Part shown: one piece after another, positions 45,370 through 54,542 of the stretch
Layout: each line of letters opens with the position of its first letter
How positions within the stretch are numbered: position 1 is the first letter of the stretch
NCBI GenBank assembly: GCA_963743885.1
Contig: CAVURJ010000002.1
Coordinates: forward strand, 177,706 to 241,705
Direction: 5' to 3'
Length of the DNA stretch: 64,000 nt
Origin: Candidatus Moraniibacteriota bacterium
Lineage (GTDB): Bacteria > Patescibacteriota > Minisyncoccia > Moranbacterales > UBA1568
Notes under the pieces: model-generated
What the model was told of the DNA's origin: nothing
Seen by the model: only the letters and a program-made list of their open reading frames with translations
Database searches by the model: none
Translations under genes and position numbers: made by a program

Positions 45370-46839
45370 ATGCCGAAGCTCTGGGAAAAATCAGTAACGC
45401 TCGAAGCGTTTAAGAAAAAAAACAGGCTACCGGAAGTGCCGGGAGTGTATTTTTTCTTGGGAAAGAAGAAGGAGGTCCTCTATATCGGCAAGGCGACGAT
45501 TCTTCGTGACCGGGTGAAGAGCTATTTCTCGCAGGACATCATGGAGACGCGCGGGCCGAAGATTGCTCTTATGCTCGGGAAGATCCGGTCCATCGCGTAT
45601 CGGAAGACTGATTCGGTGCTTGAGGCGCTCATCCTCGAGACCAATCTCATCAAGGAGCATCAGCCGTCGTACAATACCGACCAGAAGGATGATAAGAGCT
45701 ACAATCATGTCGTCATCACGGATGAACTGTTCCCGCGCGTCTTGGTCATAAGAGGAAGAGATTTAGAAAAATATCCTCCTGTCATTCCCGCGAAGGCGGG
45801 AATCCAGAAAAAGAAATCCTGGATCCCGGGTCAAGCCCGGGATGACATAAGAATAAAATATTCATTCGGGCCGTTCCCATCGGGTGGCGGATTGCGTGAA
45901 GCGATGAAGATCGTGCGGAGGCTTTTCCCATATCGGGATACGTGCGTGCCAACGGACAGTCAACAGTCAACAGCTAACAGTCAACAGCGAACAGAGAACA
46001 ATCAGCAGTCAACAGCGAACAGAGAACAATCAGCAGTCAACAGTCAGCAGCTAATAGTTAGCAATGAACAAAAAGCAGTCATCAGTCAACGAAGAAAAAA
46101 GGCCGTCCCTCAAGCGTGTTTTAATAGGCAGATTGGTCTGTGTCCGGGAGTATGTACTGGTGAGATATCCGCTAAGGAATATGCACGGATAATCAATCAT
46201 ATCCGGCTGTTCTTCGAAGGACGGAAAAGTATGCTGGTGAAGCGGCTCGAGCGCGAGATGAAGGCGGCTGCCAAGGCGCTCGAGTTTGAGCGGGCTGGCG
46301 AGATCAAGAAGACGCTTTTCGGTCTGCAGCATATCCAGGATATGGCGCTTGTGAAGAATGACGAACGACTCACGACTCACGACTCACGACAGGGAGTGCG
46401 GATTGAAGCGTATGATGTGGCGCATCTCATGGGAGAGGCGTCGGTCGGTGTGATGACGGTCGTTTCCGGAAGTTATGCGGATACCGATGAGTATCGGCAG
46501 TTCAGGTTGCGAGGGGATCATAAGGGCAATGATCTCGCAGCGCTCGAGGAAATATTGTTCCGCCGCCTGAAGCATCCTGAGTGGGGACGGCCTGATGTCA
46601 TTGCGGTTGATGGATCATTCCTCCAGCTCGGCGTCGCTGAGCGCCTTTTTGACGGACTTCCTGAGAAGCCGCTTCTGGTTGGCGTTGTGAAGGACGCGCG
46701 ACACAAGGCGAAGGAGATCATCGGGTTGCCGGCGGGCTTCGCTCGGCTTGAGACTGATATATTGCTCGCGAATAACGAGGCACACCGCTTCGCTATCGCT
46801 TTTCATCGCAAGCGTCGCGGGAAGGAATTCTTGAAGTAA
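45370..46839 (+). CDS. uvrC: excinuclease ABC subunit C (UvrC), short form with two in-frame repeat insertions
   Basis: GIY-YIG domain (GVYFFLGKKKEVLYIGKA), Cys motif FPYRDTC ... CFNRQIGLCPGVC, UVR domain (EMKAAAKALEFERAGEIKK) and the RNase H-like endonuclease domain (RIEAYDVAHLMGEA). The C-terminal HhH2 domain is absent or short. Confidence 0.92.
   Translation: MPKLWEKSVTLEAFKKKNRLPEVPGVYFFLGKKKEVLYIGKATILRDRVKSYFSQDIMETRGPKIALMLGKIRSIAYRKTDSVLEALILETNLIKEHQPSYNTDQKDDKSYNHVVITDELFPRVLVIRGRDLEKYPPVIPAKAGIQKKKSWIPGQARDDIRIKYSFGPFPSGGGLREAMKIVRRLFPYRDTCVPTDSQQSTANSQQRTENNQQSTANREQSAVNSQQLIVSNEQKAVISQRRKKAVPQACFNRQIGLCPGVCTGEISAKEYARIINHIRLFFEGRKSMLVKRLEREMKAAAKALEFERAGEIKKTLFGLQHIQDMALVKNDERLTTHDSRQGVRIEAYDVAHLMGEASVGVMTVVSGSYADTDEYRQFRLRGDHKGNDLAALEEILFRRLKHPEWGRPDVIAVDGSFLQLGVAERLFDGLPEKPLLVGVVKDARHKAKEIIGLPAGFARLETDILLANNEAHRFAIAFHRKRRGKEFLK
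45781..45846 (+). repeat. 66-bp palindromic element inserted in-frame in uvrC (translates as VIPAKAGIQKKKSWIPGQARDD)
   Basis: gtcattcccgcgaaggcgggaatccag ... ctggatcccgggtcaagcccgggatgac: two inverted similar halves, each itself a hairpin. It replaces the roughly 8-aa loop that E. coli UvrC has between the GIY-YIG domain and FGPFP. Confidence 0.65.
45957..46095 (+). repeat. tandem repeat block inside uvrC (28-bp unit x2 perfect, plus degenerate cagtcaacag sub-repeats)
   Basis: cagtcaacagcgaacagagaacaatcag occurs twice in tandem at about 45978-46033. The block is read as QQSTANSQQRTENNQQSTANREQSAVNSQQ and expands the loop inside the UvrC Cys motif from about 11 to about 57 aa. Confidence 0.8.
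46366..46388 (+). repeat. heptamer tandem repeat (cgactca)x3 inside uvrC
   Basis: cgactcacgactcacgactcacgac encodes TTHDSR. Confidence 0.8.
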
Positions 46840-46852
46840 TATATTGTTTGGT

Positions 46853-47037
46853 GGAAGTGAAACCCGCCCAGCGTAAGCAAGCAATTTTTCCGTTAGGCCG
46901 CCGAACTCTCGAGCCTTTCTGTAAGCGGAGGATTTCCCTCCCTCTTCACGACCTAAGGAAATCTTCCGATCAGAAAGGCTCGCTCAGACAGCGGCGGCTC
47001 AAACGGAGAAAATTCTTACACGGGGCGGGTTTCTTCC
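46853..47037. repeat. F3 foldback element (17-bp TIRs ggaagtgaaacccgccc / ggggcgggtttcttcc) in the uvrC-uvrA spacer
   Basis: Outer 16/17-bp inverted repeat, plus a perfect internal 11-bp pair gagcctttctg/cagaaaggctc, plus the hairpin ggaggatttccctcc. No convincing ORF. Confidence 0.55.
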
Positions 47038-47305
47038 TTTGTATTTTGTAGAGACTTCATTCTGAAGCCTTTCCCGAGGCCAGAATCTTCCGGAGAAACT
47101 CTGGAGTCCGAGCGGGCACGGTTCCGAAGGAGAGCAAGGACGGAAGGTAATGGGACCGCCACGCCGGGGCGGGACCATGATTCTCCGGAAGGTTGCTGGT
47201 CCGAGTGGGAAGGCGAGTCGCGGCAGGAGTCTTTACAGCATCTTAAAAAGAGAGTACACTGGAAAGCAATTCTGCGTTTTTCCATCCTTCCAAGAACAAC
47301 GCCCT

Positions 47306-50104
47306 ATGTCAGGCAAGAAATCGGTGATTGAGGTACGCGGCGCGCGGGTCAACAATCTGAAGAATATAGACGTCGACATACCGCGCGATGCGCTGGTTGT
47401 CATCACTGGGCTTTCCGGTTCCGGCAAGTCATCCCTGGCTTTTGATACTCTCTTTGCGGAAGCGAATCGGCGATATGTCGAGTCGCTTTCTTCGTATGCG
47501 CGCAATTTCCTCGATGGTTTTGAGAAGCCGGACGTCGATGCGATTCGCAATCTCTCGCCGGCCATCTCGATTGATCAGAAGAGCGTGTCGCGTTCTCCGC
47601 GTTCGACGGTCGGTACCATGACCGAAGTCTATGACTATCTGCGCGTGCTCTTTGCCAAGTTGGGCGTGCCGCATTGCCCGAAGTGCGGCAATCTGCTCGC
47701 GCGCAAGAGTGTCCGCGAGATCCTCGAGGAGATCCTCCTCTTTCCTGACAAGACACCGCTCGTCTTCCTCGCTGAGAGTCCGCTTTTCGTCGGTAAGACG
47801 GAAAAGGAAGCGCTCCAGCTCGTGAACGGCTGGGGATACGTCAAGGCATGTGTACGCGGCGAGATCATGCCGATCGCCGAGGCTATGGCAGCTGCATCAT
47901 CCGAGTCGGCTGACGGTGTCATGGCAGTGATCGACCGGCTCGTGCTCGATCGTGAGCGCCCAGACAAGGAGCGCATCCTCGATTCGCTCCAGACAGCGTT
48001 TCAGGTGGGCCAGGGGACGCTCCTCTTGCGCGTGAATGGCGATGAGGAGATACGGAGCTACAACGAGGAATACCGCTGCGAGGCGTGCGGCATCCATTTG
48101 CCTGAGTTCACTCCGAGTCATTTTTCATTCAACAATCCAGAAGGCGCGTGCGCGAAGTGCGCGGGCTTGGGCGTGACGCTCGAGTTTGATCCGGAGCTCG
48201 TCATCCCGAACAAGAATCTATCGCTATCTGAAGGAGCGATCCGTCCGTGGAGCAAGATGAATGGCGACCGTCCTGGGGGCAACGGGCATATGGCTCAGCT
48301 GCGCGACCTCGCGAAGCGTATGAAGTTCTCGCTCGATGATCCGATCAAGAAGCTTTCGACGAAGCAGTATGCCGCCGTGCTCCATGGCGAGACAAATGGA
48401 AAGGAAGATGCCTTCCCGGGTGTCATCGCGCTCCTCGAGCGCAAGTATCGCGAGACGCGCTCCGATCATCTGCGTGCCGAGATTGAAGAGTATATGCTGA
48501 CCAAGGTCTGTCCGGAATGCAGGGGGAGGCGCCTCTCGAAGGCGTCGCTCGCCGTGCGTCTTGGTGGGTATTCCATCGATGATCTCGTGCAGCTTTCTGC
48601 TGAGAATTTCCTCTCAGTGTTGCCGGCGTTCCGCACAGCGCTTTTGCCACAGGGGGAGAAGCGCCTCATCGAGCCGCTCTTCCGTGAGATGGATGTGCGT
48701 ATGAAGGCAGTGGAGAAGGTGGGTCTCGGTTACCTTGAGCTCTGTCGGAGTGCCGATACACTCTCGGGTGGCGAGGCACAGCGCATCCGACTGTCGGTCC
48801 AGATGAAGTCTGGTCTTTCTGGCATCATCTATGTTCTTGATGAACCGTCGGTCGGGCTCCACAGCCGCGATACGGAGCGGCTCATCAATGCACTTGAAGA
48901 CTTGCGCGGTGCGAACAACTCGCTCGTCGTCGTCGAGCACGATGTCGCGATCATGCGCCGGGCCGACTATATCATCGACATGGGGCCAGGCGCTGGTAGC
49001 GAGGGTGGCGAGGTCATCTTTGCCGGTACGCCGGACAAGCTCCTCCGCTCGAAGCTTCTGACTGGCCAGTATCTTTCCGGCAAGCGCCAGGTTTCTGATA
49101 AGAAGAAGACGCGCAAGGGGAGCGGTGATTTCATCTCCGTCATCGGGGCGTCCGAGCACAATCTGAAGGATGTCGACGTGAAGCTGCCGCTCGGCATGAT
49201 GGTTGCGGTGTCGGGTGTGTCTGGTTCCGGCAAGTCATCGCTCGTGCACGATATTCTCGCCCGGGCGCTCTCCAAGCATTTCTATCATGCCAAGACTGAG
49301 CCGGGAGCCCACAAGAAGATCGAGGGTCTGGGCAATATTGATAAAGTGATCTCCGTCAATCAGGATCCGATCGGCCGCACGCCTCGCTCCAATGCGGCGA
49401 CGTATACGGGCGTCTTCAGCCTGATTCGTGATCTGTATGCAGCGACCTCAGAAGCGGAGCGCGAGAAGTATTCCGCGAGCCATTTCTCCTTCAATATGCG
49501 CGGCGGACGTTGCGAGGCGTGTCAGGGCGGCGGGCTCAAGAAGATCGAGATGTATCTCCTGCCGGATGTCTATGTGCCGTGCGAGGTCTGCCAGGGGACG
49601 CGCTACAACGCGAAGACGCTCTCTATCGAGTATCGCGGTATGAATATCGCTCAGGTGCTCCGTATGACCGTGTCCGAGGCGCGGCGGTTCTTCCTCGACC
49701 AACCGATGATCGAGGAGAAGCTCCGAGTGCTCGAGGAAGTCGGTCTCGGATACCTCGTTCTCGGCCAGAGTGCGACCAATCTTTCCGGCGGTGAGGCGCA
49801 GCGTATCAAGCTTGCGACCGAGCTTGCCCGCAAGTCGACCGGCAAGACACTCTATATATTGGATGAGCCGACGATCGGTCTGCACTTCGAGGATGTACGC
49901 CGGCTCTTGGAGGTGCTTGAGGCACTCGTCGACAAGGGCAATACTGTGCTCGTGGTTGAACACAACATTGACGTCATCAGCGCTGCGGACTGGGTGATCG
50001 AGCTCGGTCCTGATGGTGGTGAGAAGGGTGGCGAGCTAGTCTTCTCTGGACCGCCGGAAAGACTGAAGGCTTGCAAGAAGAGCTTTACCTCAAAATACTT
50101 GTAA
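47306..50104 (+). CDS. uvrA: excinuclease ABC subunit A (UvrA, full-length 932 aa)
   Basis: Start at [20 protein letters not shown] (ORF 47150 trimmed). Both ABC modules, the UvrB-binding domain and the insertion domain (about 110 aa between GLG and [10 protein letters not shown]) are present. Confidence 0.95.
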   Translation: MSGKKSVIEVRGARVNNLKNIDVDIPRDALVVITGLSGSGKSSLAFDTLFAEANRRYVESLSSYARNFLDGFEKPDVDAIRNLSPAISIDQKSVSRSPRSTVGTMTEVYDYLRVLFAKLGVPHCPKCGNLLARKSVREILEEILLFPDKTPLVFLAESPLFVGKTEKEALQLVNGWGYVKACVRGEIMPIAEAMAAASSESADGVMAVIDRLVLDRERPDKERILDSLQTAFQVGQGTLLLRVNGDEEIRSYNEEYRCEACGIHLPEFTPSHFSFNNPEGACAKCAGLGVTLEFDPELVIPNKNLSLSEGAIRPWSKMNGDRPGGNGHMAQLRDLAKRMKFSLDDPIKKLSTKQYAAVLHGETNGKEDAFPGVIALLERKYRETRSDHLRAEIEEYMLTKVCPECRGRRLSKASLAVRLGGYSIDDLVQLSAENFLSVLPAFRTALLPQGEKRLIEPLFREMDVRMKAVEKVGLGYLELCRSADTLSGGEAQRIRLSVQMKSGLSGIIYVLDEPSVGLHSRDTERLINALEDLRGANNSLVVVEHDVAIMRRADYIIDMGPGAGSEGGEVIFAGTPDKLLRSKLLTGQYLSGKRQVSDKKKTRKGSGDFISVIGASEHNLKDVDVKLPLGMMVAVSGVSGSGKSSLVHDILARALSKHFYHAKTEPGAHKKIEGLGNIDKVISVNQDPIGRTPRSNAATYTGVFSLIRDLYAATSEAEREKYSASHFSFNMRGGRCEACQGGGLKKIEMYLLPDVYVPCEVCQGTRYNAKTLSIEYRGMNIAQVLRMTVSEARRFFLDQPMIEEKLRVLEEVGLGYLVLGQSATNLSGGEAQRIKLATELARKSTGKTLYILDEPTIGLHFEDVRRLLEVLEALVDKGNTVLVVEHNIDVISAADWVIELGPDGGEKGGELVFSGPPERLKACKKSFTSKYL

Positions 50105-50217
50105 GAATTTTTAATTTTATAATTTTAAATTTTTAAAGAATCTCTGAATTTTCAATATTTAAACATTCAGTAATTCTGGAATTATTTTAAAATTAGAAAT
50201 TTAAAATTTAAAATTTC
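50105..50217. promoter_or_regulatory. AT-rich 7-bp periodic tracts (aatttt / aaattta units) between uvrA and 50223
   Basis: aaattta aaattta aaatttc perfect at about 50197-50217; aatttt starts at 50106, 50113, 50121, 50128. Confidence 0.45.
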
Positions 50218-50222
50218 CGGTA

Positions 50223-51143
50223 ATGTCTTATCATCTTGGGAAAAATATCCTCGCGACGATCACCTATTATGATGCGATGGATTTTCCGCTCTCTGCTTTC
50301 GAGATCTGGAAGCATTTGATTGCTCATGATCGCGACGCCAAGGAAGATCAGTCCTGCCGTCTTGGCGAGGTGGTCGCAGCACTCCAGACCGACCGTCGGC
50401 CGGAACGTATCGTCGAGCAGCTCGGCTTCTATTGTCTTGCTGGCCGCGAGGGGCTCATCGCTGAGCGTATCCGCACAGAAAAGGTCTCGGCTGGCAAGCT
50501 CCGCCGATTGAAGGGACTTTCGCGGCTCATCGCCTGTGTGCCGTTCGTGCATATGTTCGGCGCGGCTGGGAGTCTTTCGATGAAGCATGCTGGTCGCGGC
50601 AGCGACTGGGATGTCTTCGTCGTGCTGCGGTCAGGGCGTATCTGGATCGGTCGGACGCTTCTCACAGGGCTCCTTCATCTCATTGGCAAGCGCCGGCACG
50701 GGGACAAGGTGAATGACCGGGTTTGTCTCAATTATTTCGTCACCGATGACAATCTGAAGATTGGCATGAAGGATCTTTTTTCGGCCCATGAATACCGTTT
50801 CCTTGTGCCACTCTACAATTTCCGCCTTTTCCAGGTGTTTGAGCTCAAGAACGCATGGATCAAGGATTACAAGCCGAATTTCCGGCTGACGGTTTTGCCG
50901 AGTCTCTGGACATCCGATATCAGCCCGAGGTTACTCCGGTTCAAGTCATCCCTTGAGCGCCTGCTTGTGCTGCCGTCACTCGAGAAATGGCTGGCTTCTT
51001 GGCAGAAAGGGAAGATTGCTCGCAACCCGAAGACACACCTTGAGGGCAGTATGATCGAAGCGCATGACCGGGCGCTCATCTTCTTGCCGAAGCCGCGCGG
51101 CCCGCAGGTCTTCGAGCGTTTCAAGAAGCGACTCGGAGCATAG
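50223..51143 (+). CDS. hypothetical protein with possible nucleotidyltransferase (Pol-beta-like) fold
   Basis: FGAAGSLSMKHAGRGSDWDVFVV resembles the GS...D.D minimal NTase motif. Weak. Confidence 0.45.
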   Translation: MSYHLGKNILATITYYDAMDFPLSAFEIWKHLIAHDRDAKEDQSCRLGEVVAALQTDRRPERIVEQLGFYCLAGREGLIAERIRTEKVSAGKLRRLKGLSRLIACVPFVHMFGAAGSLSMKHAGRGSDWDVFVVLRSGRIWIGRTLLTGLLHLIGKRRHGDKVNDRVCLNYFVTDDNLKIGMKDLFSAHEYRFLVPLYNFRLFQVFELKNAWIKDYKPNFRLTVLPSLWTSDISPRLLRFKSSLERLLVLPSLEKWLASWQKGKIARNPKTHLEGSMIEAHDRALIFLPKPRGPQVFERFKKRLGA

Positions 51144-51223
51144 CGTGACGGTTCAGCGGCTGCTTCGGCCGCTTTTTTGTGGTATACTATCACAAGGAGG
51201 AAATATCAAAATACAAACGGTGT

Positions 51224-52444
51224 ATGCCGAAATTTTTATATACTGCGAAGAATATCGCGACTGGCGAGACGTCGGGTGGCGAGATGGAGGCGAAGGACGA
51301 GAAGTCGCTTGCCCAGGATCTGCGCTCGCAGGGGCTCTTGCTCACATCCCACGATGAGATCAAGGAGGTTGCTGGTATCAGTGTCAAGTTTTTTGATCGC
51401 TTCAAAACCGTTCCGCTCAAGGAGAAGATGACGTTCACACGCAATCTTTCCGTCATGGTCTCATCCGGACTGACGGTGTCGCGCGCTATCCATAACCTGA
51501 GCGCACAGACGCAGAACAAGACATTCCGTACTATTCTGGACAATGTCTATGATGACCTGCAGTCTGGCAAGACGCTTTCCGAAGGCTTGGCGAAGTACCC
51601 GGCTGTTTTCAGTGAGCTGTACGTCAATATGATCTATGTCGGAGAGGTGTCTGGCAATCTCGAGGAAGTACTCGATATCTTGGCGCTCCAGCTCGAGAAA
51701 GAGAATGATCTCCTTTCCAAGGTGCGCGGCGCGCTCATCTATCCAGCCGTCATCGTCTTCGCGATGGTCGGCATCGGTATCTTCATGCTTACCTATATCC
51801 TGCCGAAGATCACGAGCACGTTCAAGGATATGAATGTCGAGCTGCCGGCGTCGACCCGCGCTATCATGGGAGCGAGCGATTTTATCCGTGGGCATGCTAT
51901 TCTTACACTGCTTCTCTTCGTCGGTATCACTATCGGGGTAAGGGTTTTCGCCGGCACGGCTCCTGGCAAGCGTTTCTTCCATTTTCTCTATACCCGCATG
52001 CCGATCGTCGGGGATATTGTCATCAAGGTGAATGTTGCCCGTTTCGCCCGTATCTACAGCTCGCTTCTCAAATCCGGTGTTTCGGTCGTCAATTCGCTCA
52101 CTATCGTCTCGAAGACGCTCGACAATGTCTATTACAAAGATGCGATCGGGGAGGCGATCGGCGAGATCCAGAAGGGTGTCGACCTTTCCAAGGTCATTGG
52201 GAGGTACCCAAAGATTTTCCCAATTATCGTCCCACAGATTATTGAGGTAGGCGAGGAGACCGGTAAGACGGAAATAGTGCTTCAGCGTCTGGCGGAATTC
52301 TATGAGGAGGAAGTCTCGCAGATCACTAAGAACATGTCCTCAATCGTTGAGCCGATCCTCATGCTGCTCATCGGCGGCGGTGTTGGATTCTTCGCGGTGG
52401 CGATGCTACAGCCGATGTATAGCGTGATGGAAAATATCAAATAA
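51224..52444 (+). CDS. pilC: type IV pilus assembly platform protein PilC (GspF family)
   Basis: The N-terminus MPKFLYTAKNIATGETSGGEMEAKDEKSLAQDLRSQGLLL, two T2SSF repeats and three TM helices match PilC. Confidence 0.9.
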   Translation: MPKFLYTAKNIATGETSGGEMEAKDEKSLAQDLRSQGLLLTSHDEIKEVAGISVKFFDRFKTVPLKEKMTFTRNLSVMVSSGLTVSRAIHNLSAQTQNKTFRTILDNVYDDLQSGKTLSEGLAKYPAVFSELYVNMIYVGEVSGNLEEVLDILALQLEKENDLLSKVRGALIYPAVIVFAMVGIGIFMLTYILPKITSTFKDMNVELPASTRAIMGASDFIRGHAILTLLLFVGITIGVRVFAGTAPGKRFFHFLYTRMPIVGDIVIKVNVARFARIYSSLLKSGVSVVNSLTIVSKTLDNVYYKDAIGEAIGEIQKGVDLSKVIGRYPKIFPIIVPQIIEVGEETGKTEIVLQRLAEFYEEEVSQITKNMSSIVEPILMLLIGGGVGFFAVAMLQPMYSVMENIK

Positions 52445-52449
52445 AAAAA

Positions 52450-52484
52450 GTATAGCGTATATCGTATCAAGTATCTCGTATGGA
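52450..52484. promoter_or_regulatory. phased heptamer array (5 x GTATnnn) directly after the pilC stop
   Basis: gtatagc gtatatc gtatcaa gtatctc gtatgga. Confidence 0.65.
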
Positions 52485-52505
52485 TGCGAAATACGGGAGT
52501 CCCTT

Positions 52506-53900
52506 ATGTCTTTTCTTATACAAAATACAAAATACAAAATACAGGATACGGGACTGAAGGGTTTCACGCTCATCGAGACGCTCGTGTTTCTCTTTGTCTT
52601 TTCATTGGTTTCAATCGTCTTTTATCAGGCGTATGCAACTGGAATACGGACGATTATCGAGACGAAGAACCGTCTCGGCGCGACAGCGCTTGCCAATCAG
52701 AAGATGGAGATAATCCGGAGTATCGCGTATGACGATATCGGTACGACAAGCGGCATTCCGAGCGGGACGCTCGCTCAAGATGAGACAATCAGTGTCAATA
52801 CGACCCGGTATCAGGTCCATACTTATGTCGGCCATGTCGATGACTTGTTTGATGGAGCGCTCGCTACCGGTACTGATAGCGTGCCGAATGATTACAAGCG
52901 CGTACGTCTAGAGGTCTCATGGGGTTCGGGCGGAACTGATCAGCAAGTCGTGATTTTCGGCAGATTCTCTCCGAATGGTATCGAGACGCCGGCTGGTGGC
53001 GGTATACTTTCTATCAACGTGCTTGATGCTTCAGGATCAGGAGTATCTGGTGCATCGGTACGTATCAGAAATCCATCTGAGTCGGTGGATTTGACTGCGA
53101 TTTCTGACCTGACCGGAAACGTCACTTCGGTCGGTGCCCCGGCTGGATCGCAGAATTATGAGCTGACTGTCTCCAAATCAGGCTATTATGGCGCGCAGAC
53201 CTATGCACCGACAGCATCGTTTACGCCAGTGGACATCCACGCCTCGGTTGTTGATGCTGCACTCAACCAGGCGACAATCGTGATGGATCGGTACGCTGAT
53301 ATCAGTCTTCATTCCGTGGATTCTTTTGGTACCGATGTTCCAGGGGTTGATATGGATATCGAAGGCGGTCGTCATTTTGGTACGAATGTCACGGGTGCAC
53401 CTCCCGTAGTATCAGAGACGTATAGCTTTTCGGACAGTATCACGACGGGTAGTTCCGGCGAGGAGGATATTCAGGATCAGAGCTACGGCACGTATACGGT
53501 GAGCAGTGTGTCTAAATCAGGTTATACCTTTTATAAGCTCTCTCCAGACGGGCCGGCCTATAATCAGCTTTCTGCCTTGGCTGGCGTGAACAATACTGTC
53601 TCGCTCGTTATGCTCGATAATGCCGTGAGTTCGCTCTGGGTAAAGGTGAATGATAAGAGCGTTCCGCCAGATCCTGTTTCGGGAGCATCCGTGCATCTTT
53701 CGGAGAGCATTTCAGGATATGATGCGACCGTCACGACGGATGCGTTCGGCTATGCATTTTTCCCGACGGCGCTGCCGGCGCTTGTCGCGGGAACGTATGA
53801 TCTTGAAGTAAGTGCGACTGGATTTGATACGGATACCGGAACGGTTTCGATCGGTGGAGCAGCGCTTGTCACGGAAACCGTATCGCTTCAAGCCGAATAG
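52506..53900 (+). CDS. large type IV pilin-like protein (prepilin N-terminal methylation motif)
   Basis: G/FTLIETLVFLFVFSLVS is a class III signal/N-methylation site. 464 aa, Thr/Ser/Gly/Val-rich beta-like body. The annotated 5-prime end is built from ATAC heptamer repeats, so the start is uncertain. Confidence 0.62.
   Translation: MSFLIQNTKYKIQDTGLKGFTLIETLVFLFVFSLVSIVFYQAYATGIRTIIETKNRLGATALANQKMEIIRSIAYDDIGTTSGIPSGTLAQDETISVNTTRYQVHTYVGHVDDLFDGALATGTDSVPNDYKRVRLEVSWGSGGTDQQVVIFGRFSPNGIETPAGGGILSINVLDASGSGVSGASVRIRNPSESVDLTAISDLTGNVTSVGAPAGSQNYELTVSKSGYYGAQTYAPTASFTPVDIHASVVDAALNQATIVMDRYADISLHSVDSFGTDVPGVDMDIEGGRHFGTNVTGAPPVVSETYSFSDSITTGSSGEEDIQDQSYGTYTVSSVSKSGYTFYKLSPDGPAYNQLSALAGVNNTVSLVMLDNAVSSLWVKVNDKSVPPDPVSGASVHLSESISGYDATVTTDAFGYAFFPTALPALVAGTYDLEVSATGFDTDTGTVSIGGAALVTETVSLQAE
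52514..52548. promoter_or_regulatory. phased heptamer array (5 x nnnATAC), inverted partner, inside the annotated 5-prime end of the pilin gene
   Basis: cttatac aaaatac aaaatac aaaatac aggatac. In frame 52506 it translates as IQNTKYKIQDT. Confidence 0.65.
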
Positions 53901-53903
53901 GAG

Positions 53904-54542
53904 ATGTTTATGATCAGATGGAACCGGACAACAAAGGGAATGACGCTTGTCGAGCTTCTGATAGCGATTGCTATCATGCTCATAGTGACAGAAGGATTTT
54001 CGCTGCTTATCGTGAAGGTATGGGATAGCAATAAGTTCATCCTCGAAGAGGCGATGGCATCAGCAGCGGCATCGCGTGCGACGAATCAGATCATCATCCA
54101 GCTGCGTGGCATCCAACAGGCGGAAAATGGCGATTATCCCATCGAGTCGGCAGATGATTTTGATCTGACTATCTATACCGATGTTGATGATGATGGTGCG
54201 GTGGAGCGTGTGCACTATTTTCTCGACCAGCCGAATGACCAGTTGAAGCGCGGCGTGACAGAGCCGACTGCCGCTGTGCCGCCGACGTATCCGGCTGGCG
54301 ACCAGACGGTCATAGTGATGGCGAATTACGTGGTGAATGAGAGCGACAACCCCATATTCTATTATTATAATGGCAACTATCCGGATGATATTGTGAACAA
54401 TCCGCTCGCGACGCCGACTGGCGCCGGACTCATCCGGCTTATCCGGGTGCACCTTTACGTCAACATCAATCCGATCCATGCGCCGGACAATATCAATATA
54501 GAATCATTCGTTACGCTTCGTAATCTCCATGTCTATGAATAA
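53904..54542 (+). CDS. type IV pilin / pseudopilin-like protein
   Basis: Leader MFMIRWNRTTKG, then MTLVELLIAIAIMLIV (prepilin cleavage/methylation motif). Confidence 0.7.
   Translation: MFMIRWNRTTKGMTLVELLIAIAIMLIVTEGFSLLIVKVWDSNKFILEEAMASAAASRATNQIIIQLRGIQQAENGDYPIESADDFDLTIYTDVDDDGAVERVHYFLDQPNDQLKRGVTEPTAAVPPTYPAGDQTVIVMANYVVNESDNPIFYYYNGNYPDDIVNNPLATPTGAGLIRLIRVHLYVNINPIHAPDNINIESFVTLRNLHVYE

Noticed and set aside
47100-47150. Candidate SRP (4.5S) RNA helix-8 motif (ggttccgaaggagagcaaggacgg) in the uvrC-uvrA spacer
   Set aside because: It only loosely resembles GGUCCGGAAGGAAGCAGCCAAGG. The conserved GCC and the symmetric loop partner are missing, and no closing helix of the right size exists.
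47150-47305. N-terminal 52-codon extension of the second uvrA (ORF 47150)
   Set aside because: The extension (MGPPRRGGTMILRK ...) has no counterpart in UvrA proteins. The canonical N-terminus [14 protein letters not shown] begins at 47306. The extension overlaps the F3 foldback and leader region.
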